This document shows, piece after piece, positions 18,837-28,114 of a stretch of 64,000 nucleotides of DNA. Position 1 is the first letter of the stretch. Each line of letters opens with the position of its first letter. The notes under the pieces were generated by a model, which worked only from the letters and a program-made list of their open reading frames with translations, was not told where the DNA came from and searched no databases. Source of the stretch: Candidatus Latescibacterota bacterium. Lineage in GTDB: Bacteria > Latescibacterota > UBA2968 > UBA8231. The stretch is taken from NCBI GenBank assembly GCA_965197905.1, contig CBDAOB010000003.1, forward strand, positions 448,001 to 512,000, in the 5' to 3' direction. A program made the translations under genes and the position numbers.

Positions 18837-19754
18837 TCATCCAACTAACAGCTGAGCAATCAGGAGAAGGTGATTTGTCCAGCTCACCTCCGGGTTGGTT
18901 TCGCTCATTTGCGAACATAGACACGATGCGATGTCGATCGTTCCGCAGGCCCGGATTCGCTCTTCGCTGTGGCCGAGTTCCCGGCTGAATATTTGGACTG
19001 GCTGATCCAGCAACCTTTGCTTCTCATCTCGGGATATCTCATCCGGTAACCCGTTATGCAAGAATCGGCCCACCTCCAGACACGGGACACCGACCACCCC
19101 TTTCGGATCTATCGCTAACCACCCGACCTGCTCATCGAGGAGGATCTTCTGATGGTGCAAATCGCCATGCAACAAGACATCCTGCGCTTTCGTGCTCTGG
19201 ATCTCCTTGAACAGATGCGTAGCCGTGTCGATCAACTCCGCCGGAAATGGGGCCCCGTCTCTAGCGCAAATGGGCTTTGACCTGTGAAACCTGCGTTCTA
19301 CTTGCTCCGCATAGATTGGCAGGCAGTGAACCGACGGCACGGCAACCTGAAGATTTTTCATTACGCCGGCCGCCAGGAGCGACTCTTCTGCGTTGTTCCG
19401 GAGTTCGTTCAGCTTGGTTCCCGGTCGAATGCGCTCTAGCAGTAGTGCCCCGAGTTCGGGGTCGCTATCTACGTATCTGACGATCCCGCGTCCCTGGTAG
19501 ATACGCAATGCTTCCATTTCCGTAACGAGATCGTGGTGAGGCACCCCCACTTTGAGCACCAGTTCGTCGCCGGAGTCATTACAGGCGAATGTCAGGTAGT
19601 TAGCCTTGAGATCTTCGACAGCGGGGCCGAGATCCAGCTTCCAGCGGGTTGCCAGTTCTGTCAGGAGCTCCGGTAATTGGACAAGCCAGGCCTTGCCGGC
19701 GCCACCGAATACACGGCAGATCGATTGCTGAAAATATTCGGGGAAGGGTTCCAT
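18837..19754 (-). CDS. Aminoglycoside/hydroxyurea-resistance kinase family (APH(6)-like) protein
   Basis: GKAWL..LPELL...RW, VLKV, ALLLERIRPG, LLHGDLHH and WLAIDPKG motifs. Confidence 0.8.
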   Translation of the reverse strand: MEPFPEYFQQSICRVFGGAGKAWLVQLPELLTELATRWKLDLGPAVEDLKANYLTFACNDSGDELVLKVGVPHHDLVTEMEALRIYQGRGIVRYVDSDPELGALLLERIRPGTKLNELRNNAEESLLAAGVMKNLQVAVPSVHCLPIYAEQVERRFHRSKPICARDGAPFPAELIDTATHLFKEIQSTKAQDVLLHGDLHHQKILLDEQVGWLAIDPKGVVGVPCLEVGRFLHNGLPDEISRDEKQRLLDQPVQIFSRELGHSEERIRACGTIDIASCLCSQMSETNPEVSWTNHLLLIAQLLVG

Positions 19755-19804
19755 CGGTATCTAGCAAGGTGCGCGAGGGGTTGCCGAGGCCTTGGCGCGT
19801 ACCA

Positions 19805-20938
19805 TCACTCAGGTGCACCGACCTGGCGCAGTCTTTCTATCTCGCGAGCCGTTGTCAGTCGAGGAACTGGCAGCTGCTTCGGGTAGAAGTCCGATCGGGC
19901 AAGTGCGTAACCTAGCGGCGTGAATTCGCGAATCCTGCCATCGTGATTCATGCTAGCGCGCACGGTCAAATCAGGCCCCTTAGCAAGGAGACAATCGAAT
20001 GTATCGTAACACGAACCACGAGGCGTGCCAATCGTGTGATAGAGCGGCGTCTGCCCTCCCGATCCGTCTTGTAGCATTTGCGCCTTTGCATTGATGTCAG
20101 CGCCGTGTTGAATAAGAAGCTCCGCACACTTGCTTTCATTGTGCGAAGCCGCGATGTGGAGCAATGTGTACCCCATAACCGTTTTGTCCACTATTTTGTA
20201 ATTGAAGAAGCCAGTAACCAGCGACGGATCACGGACAATTCTGACTTCGAGCGCGTCGTGGCGACCTCGGTGGATGTCCATCACAGGCCCATCCTCACAG
20301 ACAGCTCCAGCTTCAATCAAGGTATTGATACATTCGTGACGTAGGCCGACATCGAAGACCCACGAGGACCCAATCGCCGCCCCCATGACGCCAGCCCTGT
20401 TTGGATCGACGCCGAGTGACAACAATCTCCTGATTTGTGCGAGGTCCAGGTTGTAGGCATTGCACCAAAGCATGTGGCCAAGAAACCGCGAATCCGCTCC
20501 GGCTCTTTTCAGGATCTCCATGCTTCCCAACGAACTTCGCATGTGTGCATACCTGAAGGGCGTAATGAACCTGGGACGTCTCTTGCGGTCAGTCCACTCG
20601 AATTTCGCCTGAACGAGAGCCGGATGTTCACTGAGCAACCTGCTCAACCTGGCGCCGTCATCCCGCTCAATTGCGTCTCTTACGAGGCCCGGCCTATCCT
20701 CCCTCTCCTCGACAGCCTCGACGCACCTTTGCCAGCTGAGAAATCCGTATTCGATGGCGACGACGAGCTGCGCATCTTCAAGCGTGAACTCTGCGCTAAG
20801 AATATCAGCAGTTCCAGATGTCGAAAAACTCGGATGAGACTGCTTGATGCGTGACATGGCTTCCGCTTTAAGGGCATGGTAATCCCTAAGCAACCCGTCG
20901 GCTTGCTTCCGGTGATTCTCAATAGTGGGAGAGCGCAC
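19805..20938 (-). CDS. Ankyrin-repeat protein with a small N-terminal helical domain (RKQA..LL...LEDAQLVVAIEYGFLSW)
   Basis: TLLHIAASHN...LLIQHGADIN, TPLYH and TPLGYA ankyrin motifs plus the distinct N-terminal module. Confidence 0.82.
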   Translation of the reverse strand: MRSPTIENHRKQADGLLRDYHALKAEAMSRIKQSHPSFSTSGTADILSAEFTLEDAQLVVAIEYGFLSWQRCVEAVEEREDRPGLVRDAIERDDGARLSRLLSEHPALVQAKFEWTDRKRRPRFITPFRYAHMRSSLGSMEILKRAGADSRFLGHMLWCNAYNLDLAQIRRLLSLGVDPNRAGVMGAAIGSSWVFDVGLRHECINTLIEAGAVCEDGPVMDIHRGRHDALEVRIVRDPSLVTGFFNYKIVDKTVMGYTLLHIAASHNESKCAELLIQHGADINAKAQMLQDGSGGQTPLYHTIGTPRGSCYDTFDCLLAKGPDLTVRASMNHDGRIREFTPLGYALARSDFYPKQLPVPRLTTAREIERLRQVGAPE

Positions 20939-20967
20939 GGGAATTCGCCTTTTTGCTTACAAATGTT

Positions 20968-21040
20968 TTCGTGCTTCCGTAACCGCCCAACGTTGTCCGC
21001 CTCCAGGAAGATGCAACCGACCTAAAACCTCCACAACGGC
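20968..21040 (-). ncRNA. Putative structured 5' leader (candidate cis-regulatory RNA) of the ankyrin gene
   Basis: Minus strand reads GCCGTTGTGGAGGTTTTAGGTCGGTTGCATCTTCCTGGAGGCGGACAACGTTGGGCGGTTACGGAAGCACGAA. Nested complementarities: TCTTCC/GGCGGA hairpin, GTTG/CAAC, CGTTGT/ACAACG, CCGT/ACGG. Not matched to a named family. Confidence 0.4.
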
Positions 21041-21266
21041 TATGTGTAGTTCTTGGTCGAAGAGCACACAGTATGAGCCCGGCCGATCCCGATAGCCGTT
21101 CCCCTCAAGTGCCTGGCCGAATATCTGCATTCAGTTGACCGCGGGGCGCATCGGTCCAGGTGGACACGCGTATCGCTGACTCTGGATCTCGGTACCAGGG
21201 ATCCTGCTGCCGGATAGTGGGTATATTGAATTCCAATTGAAACCTCTGTTTATATGCGATGCGTGA

Positions 21267-22151
21267 TCAGCTGTCTTTTCCCGCTTTCGAGGAACCCCCA
21301 GGATAAGAACTCGATGGCCGCGGATTGCGCTGCTCGAAAAGGTCTTCATAACGCATGCGGACCCTCCCTTCCAGCTCCGGATGCGGCCGAATCCAGAACC
21401 TCCCGTCAATGATGGCAGCAAAAACATGATCCGCCAGCTCTTTGGGAGACATGCCCACCCGGATCGCTCGACGAAAAGCCTCGACCGTCGCATCATCCGC
21501 GCCAATCGCATCGTCTTGTTCAGATTCATCTCTCAATGCCGACGGACGATTTCGTGCTGAATCCATAATTTCGGTGTTCACAAAACTTGGACACAAGACA
21601 GAGACTCCTATCTGTGCGTGTCGCTGCGACAACTCATGGTAGAGCTGCTCCGAGAGTGCGATGACGGCATGTTTGGTCATTCCGTAACTTGCGGAGGGAT
21701 GAGGAGAAATCAGTCCTGCAATAGAAGCCGTGTTCACGATATGACACTCGGTATTCTGCTCAAGCATAATCGGAACAAACGTCCGCAAGCCATGAATGAT
21801 GCCCCAAAGGTTCACCCCCATCGCCCATTTCCAATCATTCAGGGTACTTTCCCAGATAGAACCATCGGTACGGACACCAGCGTTGTTGCAGAGCAGGTGT
21901 ACTGCCCCGAAATAATCAATCGACCTCTCGGCCAGTCGCTCGACATCCACGGGATCGGACACATCAGTCGGTATCGACCGGACATCTGCTCCCATTGCTT
22001 CCATTGCTGATCTGGTTTTAGACAGGGCTTCTCGCTCGATGTCGGCAAGAACAACCTTCATACCCTCGGCTATACAACGCTCAGCCATCCCGCACCCGAT
22101 TCCGCTGGCTGCTCCGGTGATGACAGCTACCTTACCTTTGAGATTCTTCAT
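21267..22151 (-). CDS. SDR family oxidoreductase
   Basis: TGAASGIG, NNAGV, NTASIAG and YGMTK motifs. Start trimmed to MKNLKGK. Confidence 0.9.
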   Translation of the reverse strand: MKNLKGKVAVITGAASGIGCGMAERCIAEGMKVVLADIEREALSKTRSAMEAMGADVRSIPTDVSDPVDVERLAERSIDYFGAVHLLCNNAGVRTDGSIWESTLNDWKWAMGVNLWGIIHGLRTFVPIMLEQNTECHIVNTASIAGLISPHPSASYGMTKHAVIALSEQLYHELSQRHAQIGVSVLCPSFVNTEIMDSARNRPSALRDESEQDDAIGADDATVEAFRRAIRVGMSPKELADHVFAAIIDGRFWIRPHPELEGRVRMRYEDLFEQRNPRPSSSYPGGSSKAGKDS

Positions 22152-22162
22152 CCGTGAAAATG

Positions 22163-22309
22163 CTACGACTTGACCGCTTCGATGATGCACACGGGCGATT
22201 GTGTCGGTAGGATGCGGGACAGCTTCAGATCCGCCTTTGCTAACAGCGCTTCAAACTCTTCCTCGGTTCGTTGGCGATCTCCAGTAGTGGCGGGAGGATT
22301 GGCATGCAT
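22163..22309 (-). pseudogene. C-terminal remnant of a SAM-dependent O-methyltransferase
   Basis: Manual translation MHANPPATTGDRQRTEEEFEALLAKADLKLSRILPTQSPVCIIEAVKS* matches the G.ERT.EEF..LL..AG..L.RI.PT..P..IIEA tail of class I O-methyltransferases. No SAM-binding domain upstream. Confidence 0.65.
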
Positions 22310-22402
22310 ATAGTGCTCTCCCTCAAAGTTGATTCAAAGGGAAGTTTCTAAACTGCATCAATGCCACAAGGCGGGCAATATCAATGTTTAGCGACGAACA
22401 TC

Positions 22403-25214
22403 TCACAGCTTCTTGACCAAGTATCGATATAGCTCCTCGTCATGATGGGAATTTCCATCGGGATCCGCATAGGTGTATCCGGAGAGAAATTCGCCGTATC
22501 CACTATCTTCAAACCCCAATGTCTCGTAGAGTACGCGGGCGGCCTTCTGCTTTGGACTATGCGATGTTACCCGAAGCCCGACGAGACTGATGCCTCTTGC
22601 TCGGACAAGGGCTTCGGCCACTTCCATTAGCTGGCGACCAATCCCCCGACCACGGGCAATCTCCGTAACTCTGAGGTCGCCGACTTCCGCGCAATGTAAC
22701 TCCTCAGCCATGTTTGTACGCTGGCACTTTCCCCCCGGCCAGCTTACAAATACGTACCCAACGGGCTCGGTATCGTCCCACGCTGCTAGGCAAGTAACCT
22801 CACCTGCCTGCTGACCTTCAAATCTTTCGACGTGACGATTGATTGGCGCACCCGCCTCCTCCGGATATGTTGCCACCAAATATCGCACGTCCCTTCCACA
22901 TGAAATCTTTTGCAACTCTGTAACGTGCTCTGCAAATCCAATGAACTGATCGTCCGCTCTCAATTCGGCAGCTCGGTTTTCGATACCAAGCATGTTTCCA
23001 GATGTAGCAAGGTCCAGAAACACCGCCAGTTCGGACGCCGGCGGCGCTACTACTACCCGATCAGCTTCTCCCAATGCTTGAGACTGCGGCTCGGCATATT
23101 CCGAGGTTAGTTGCAATCGCTCTGCGAGGAGTCTCGTCAGGTGGTCTTGTCGAACGGGTATTGCAACAAACTCGTCCGCGCCTGCATCCGCGCTCTCTTT
23201 CCTGTCAGCCTCGAAGGCACTGGCAGTAACAGCCACTAAGACAACCTGGCTTCCCCCAGGTTTCGATTTAATCTCCTTCATCGCGTCATTGCCGTCCATC
23301 ACTGGCATTCGCAAATCCATAAACACAAGGTCAGGATGCCATGTCAGCGTCTTGTCCACGGCGGCGCGCCCGTCCTCAACCTCTTCCACCAGAAATCCCA
23401 GGGGGATCAGCATGTCTACGAGCACCCTGCGATTCTCCTCTTGATCGTCTGCTACCAAGACTTTCCGCGGGTCGCCTTGATAACCGGTAATCTGCTTTGC
23501 CTCCTGAGCAACAGAAGGCGTGTAGTTTGGGAGTTCCTCGACCTCGAGCTCGAACCAGAAGCTGCTGCCCTTTGACAACTCGCTTTGAACCTGCAATTCG
23601 CCTCCCATCAACTCGACCAGGCGGGCACTGATCGGCAGTCCCAGACCTGTCCCCTCTATGGCATCGCTTTGAGCGCCCACTTGCTTGAAACCTTCAAAAA
23701 TCGCCCCAAGCGACTCTTTGGCAATACCGATGCCAGTGTCATCCACTTGAAATCGCAGACGTTTGCCTCCGGACTGGCTGATTCTGAGACTAACATTCCC
23801 ATGTTTGGTGAATTTGATCGCATTGCCAAGTAGATTGGTCAGGATCTGCCGGAGTTTCTTTTCATCCATGCAGACACCCACCGGCACGTCGGTAAATTCG
23901 CAGCTGAACGAGAGACCCCGCTGCTGAGCGCGGATCTTGAAAACGGTTTCTAGATTCTCGATAAGCTCTCGCAAAGAGAATTCGTTCTTCTCGAGCTCCA
24001 TTCGACCGGCTTCCACCTTGGCCATGTCGAGAATGTCGTTGATCAATGAAAGGAGATGCTCACCACTCCGGCGTATTACCTCGACACCCTCATGCTGCTG
24101 CTGGTTCAAGGAGCGATCTCTGCCCAAAATCTGTGCGTAACCGAAGATTCCGTTTAGCGGTGTGCGAAGTTCGTGGCTCATATTGGCCAGAAATGTACTC
24201 TTGGCGCGACTGGCAGCTTCCGCATCTTCTTTGGCTCGACGCAGCTCGGTCTCCGTTCGCCGCTGCACGGAGATACTGTCGTGCAGAGCCCGCTCGGTGC
24301 GTTCGTGTTCGGCGATCTCCCTGGAGAGTTTGCGGTTCGAATGGAATATAGAGGCCGCCACCAGCGCGATTACGAGGAACGGGACACCAGCCCACAGGCC
24401 CACCATTTTCCAGTCGGTTTGACGTTCTACACGCAGATTTACCCATTTCTCCTTTATCAGCTTCTTCTCCTGCTCCGTAAAGCGGGCGAGGGTTTTGTTC
24501 AGAATGGGTACCAACGGCGCCAGGTCCTTGCGGACGCCTATCGATATATCGATATCGTACGGCGTGAGCGCCGCTACTCGCAGATTGGTCAAGCCGAGTT
24601 TTCTCTCGAAGAACTCGATTACCGCCAATTCGCCAACGGTTGCGTCGGCGTCCCCCTTGGCGACTACAAGCATTGCTTCATCCATCCGGTCTACCAGCAT
24701 CAGCTCCAATTCAGGATGGTCGCGTTCGATCCAATACTGCGTGACGTATCCTTTAACAATGGCGACCGATTTTCCTTTGAAATCCCCCAATCCTTCAACG
24801 TGCGGGAAGTCCTTGCGGGAGACGATGACGGTGGGTAACCGCAAATACGGTTCGGTAAAGCTCAGATACTCCGACCGCTTCTGTGTTCATGATGGCTGTG
24901 ATGACATCGATATCGCCACTCCGGGCTCTATTCAGAATCGCATCCCAGGTAAGGCCGTACACCGCCGCCATCTCCAGGTTCAACTGCTCATTGAGAATGC
25001 GGACATAATCCGAGGTTATGCCGGCGTGCTTCTTCTCATCGTCAAAAAATTCAAAGGGTGCCCAGGCCGGCGCAACGCCCACACGAAGGCTGCGATGCGC
25101 TATCAGCCATTTGCGCTCCTCCGGCGTACGCTCGTCCGCCCAAACGTGGAAAACTCCCATCAACACAGCCAACACGGCGATGGGGAATGGGGCGATCGTG
25201 TGGCAGTCCTTCAT
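22403..25214 (-). pseudogene. Hybrid histidine kinase (periplasmic binding domain-TM-HisKA-HATPase-REC), frameshifted at about 24880 and fused in frame to a GNAT acetyltransferase
   Basis: ORF 24795-25256 has WAPFEF...GITSDY. A frame change restores ...RSEYLSFTEPYLRLPTVIV. Then [26 protein letters not shown] and REC (ADD, MDLRMP). The C-terminus has the GNAT motif LRVTEIARGRGIGRQL...LYETLGF. Confidence 0.7.
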
Positions 25215-25352
25215 ACCGATTTTGTCCCAGATTTGTGGCAATCGAAACGCATCCACCTCAGAGTCTCCGTACTAAGAAAGTATTATGCCATTCCCAAAAC
25301 AAGATCTATCACCTAATATTCGCTGGAGTTTACGTCCCATTTTCCTGATGGA

Positions 25353-25748
25353 GTGCCGGTGGGCGCCAGTGGCCCCAAATCCCCCCAGTCAGACGTCCTG
25401 ATCGTCGATGACACCGTGGCTAACCTTCGTGTGCTTTCGACCATGCTGAGCAGTCAGGGGTATAAGGTCCGTGGAGTAACCTCCGGTCCCATGGCCCTCA
25501 CCGCCGCGAGGGCGGCGCCACCGGCGCTGATTCTTCTTGATATCAAAATGCCCGAGATGGACGGATACGAGGTCTGTCGAGAGCTGAAAGGCGATGAGCA
25601 AACCCGCGCTATTCCGGTCATTTTCATAAGTGCAATCTACGAAGATGTGGATAGGGCCAAGGCATCTGACGCGGGAGGTGCGGATTTCTTGACCAAGCCC
25701 TTTGATATGGACAAGGTCTTGGCATGTGTGGAGAAGCATTTGGCCTGA
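25353..25748 (+). CDS. Single-domain response regulator (REC)
   Basis: IVDD, LLDIKMPEMDG, FISA and TKPF motifs. Confidence 0.9.
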   Translation: MPVGASGPKSPQSDVLIVDDTVANLRVLSTMLSSQGYKVRGVTSGPMALTAARAAPPALILLDIKMPEMDGYEVCRELKGDEQTRAIPVIFISAIYEDVDRAKASDAGGADFLTKPFDMDKVLACVEKHLA

Positions 25749-25835
25749 GCGTGACAACAATCTCGTTGTTCGCCCTGCCCTTTCGCGAAGCGAAGCAAAT
25801 GAACATGCTGCTGCAAAGTAGGAGGGTCTAAACAA

Positions 25836-26426
25836 ATGCTGTTCACAGCCAACATCCTGAAGCACATTCCAACGGGCGAAGTTACCCTCGCGTTTCGCCG
25901 CTGGCGTCGCCCGTCGGTCAAGACGAACGGCACGATGAAGACTGGAATAGGTGTGCTTGCGATCGAGAGTGTGGAGAAGATATCTGAGGATGAGATAGCG
26001 GAAGCGGACGCCGTGAACGCGGGATATGCCGACCGTCGCACGCTCCTCGAAGAGCTCCAGGGCAGTGAGGGAGAGCTTTATCGAATTGCATTCTCCTATC
26101 GTGGAGAAGACCCGCGAATCCAGCTCCGGGAGGACGACGCGCTCACCGATTCAGATTTCACAGAGATCTGCGCTCGTCTCAAACGTTTCGACGTAGCGTC
26201 ACGGCAGGGAGCATGGACCCGACAGATTCTCGATGTTATTCGCAAACATCCGGGAGTCGTATCCGGCGAACTATCCAGGATGACCGGCCACGAACAGAAA
26301 TGGTTCAAGGCCCAAGTGCGGAAGTTGAAAAACCTCGGACTGACCATAAGTCTCGAAGTGGGGTACAAACTCTCTCCCCGAGGTACCGCTTTCTTAGACC
26401 GATTGGGTCGAACTGGCTGTGCATGA
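25836..26426 (+). CDS. ASCH/PUA-like domain protein with C-terminal winged helix
   Basis: GEVTLAFRRWRRP, ADAVNAGY, and FKAQVRKLKNLGLTISLEVGYKLSPRG. Confidence 0.65.
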   Translation: MLFTANILKHIPTGEVTLAFRRWRRPSVKTNGTMKTGIGVLAIESVEKISEDEIAEADAVNAGYADRRTLLEELQGSEGELYRIAFSYRGEDPRIQLREDDALTDSDFTEICARLKRFDVASRQGAWTRQILDVIRKHPGVVSGELSRMTGHEQKWFKAQVRKLKNLGLTISLEVGYKLSPRGTAFLDRLGRTGCA

Positions 26427-26539
26427 TCGCGCACGCATGCAATAGCCTTGCCGCAAGCAGTTCACCGAGCGCGGGCGCTTTGTGAAGGTGAGGCAGGCCG
26501 ACAGCGGCGGCGCCCACGACGCAACCTTAGGAGATAGGG

Positions 26540-27391
26540 ATGATCAACTTTGTTGGTTCCAATTTTACCTGGAAATCGCACCCTTGGACCCCCGATCCGT
26601 ATTACAAATGGGCCGGTGGTTTTGTTGGCGAGCCCGGACAGATCTATCATGTGCGCTTCAATTTGGAAGGCCACTGTCAGATTCGCGACCCTGCCGCTGG
26701 TGGCGGCGGCACGGAGATATTTCTAGGTGCTCCTTGTCGCTCTGAGTACACCATTGCCCGGCGCAACCTCTTTCAGGTGCCCAGCGCCGAATGGCGCATG
26801 GCTTTCAGCAGAGATCGAAAGGTGGCCATCGCCAGACGGCCCAGCTGGGAAAAGGAAGAAAGCGCCGAAAGATTGCTGAAAGAAGCCCACCAAGACCACC
26901 GCATCGATTTAAGGCGATATTCCGTATACGACGGCCTGGAGGATGCCGGCCAGATCGTCGAGGCGACTTTGGCCAACGACATATTGGGAGCACAGAGCAC
27001 CTATGAGGACCGTGGGTTGGAAGTGACGGTCGAATATCCCGTCAATTTGATCAACATAAACGAAGCCGACAGCGAGTTTCAGATCTGTACCGGACCGGTA
27101 ATTGTGCCCGATTTACAAACCTGGGACGGCAGCCAGGTGAGTCGCGTTTTCCTCGCCCACGCGGCTGTGACCCAGTTCGATCACGTCGAGTTCATTCTGC
27201 AGCGCGAGGTCGACGCGACGCCAGAGGACCGCCAGTGGCTCGACCAACCACAGGGCCGCGACCGGCTGGAGTTGCTCGATCCGAACAACAAACCGCCTGG
27301 CTATCCACCGCCACGCCCGCGCCCGACGGTCTACAACGAAGTGTGGGAATTCGCCGCACGCAACCAGGTCTGGCGCGCCGACAATAATTGA
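26540..27391 (+). CDS. Hypothetical protein
   Basis: 283-aa ORF with RBS-like AGGAGA/GGG upstream and plausible codon usage. No family recognised. Confidence 0.7.
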   Translation: MINFVGSNFTWKSHPWTPDPYYKWAGGFVGEPGQIYHVRFNLEGHCQIRDPAAGGGGTEIFLGAPCRSEYTIARRNLFQVPSAEWRMAFSRDRKVAIARRPSWEKEESAERLLKEAHQDHRIDLRRYSVYDGLEDAGQIVEATLANDILGAQSTYEDRGLEVTVEYPVNLININEADSEFQICTGPVIVPDLQTWDGSQVSRVFLAHAAVTQFDHVEFILQREVDATPEDRQWLDQPQGRDRLELLDPNNKPPGYPPPRPRPTVYNEVWEFAARNQVWRADNN

Positions 27392-27472
27392 CGGCGGTAG
27401 GGTGGTGTATGGCGCCACCGGCCGAAAAGCGAGCAGCGCCGCGCTTTCAAGCAGCTGGGGCCACTCTGTTCG

Positions 27473-27877
27473 TTACGCGTGGTACTGGGTATGGGTAGTT
27501 GCTGAGACGCGCCGGCCGAGGCGGCGGCGAACTTCGCGTTTGAGGAACAGCTTGATCAAGTAGCGGCTCCCCGGTACCAGGGCGGCCAGCCCAACGATGT
27601 CAGTCATGAAGCCGGGGGTAAGAAGCAGAATGCCACCAACCAGAATGATGAAACCGTCGAAGATCTCTTCCGCGGGAAACGCAGCCGTTGCGAGCTCCCG
27701 CTGCAGGCGGCGCAACGCCAGCATCCCCTGGGAACGAGCCAGCCAGGCACCGGAAAATCCCGTGGCAAGCACGATGCCCACGGTGGGCAGAACCCCAAAG
27801 GAATCGCCCGCCTGAATCAGCAGGGCTAGCTCGATGACGGGTACGACGGTGAATAGAAGGAGGAGTTTGACAAACAC
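27473..27877 (-). CDS. fxsA: FxsA family membrane protein
   Basis: PVIELALLI, GAWLARSQG and GGILLLTPGFMTDIVG motifs. Confidence 0.88.
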   Translation of the reverse strand: MFVKLLLLFTVVPVIELALLIQAGDSFGVLPTVGIVLATGFSGAWLARSQGMLALRRLQRELATAAFPAEEIFDGFIILVGGILLLTPGFMTDIVGLAALVPGSRYLIKLFLKREVRRRLGRRVSATTHTQYHA

Positions 27878-28114
27878 AAAGCGAATATAGATGAGCCGGA
27901 TGTGGACGGCAAAAGGAGTGTTGTCGGATCGCAGCGTACGAGATCACCACACGGCTCGCGCTACGACCTCTTCCAATTCCTCTTCCCGTCGCGGCACCCG
28001 CTTCCACGCAGAGGGGCGCGAATTCACGGGGTCAGCTTGGAACCGATGCGAGGGCCACACCGGAGAACTAACTACTCTCGGTTGAGAATCGATGCTGAAG
28101 CACGTTTGCCGCTG

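Noticed and set aside
18837..19754. Functional streptomycin-resistance gene (strB/aph(6))
   Set aside because: Only family-level similarity, the catalytic-loop Asn is substituted, and there is no resistance-cassette context.
21108..21240. Possible small minus-strand ORF (LEFNIPTIRQQDPWYRDPESAIRVSTW...) after the SDR
   Set aside because: About 43 codons with a TTG start and no recognisable similarity, so it cannot be supported as a gene.
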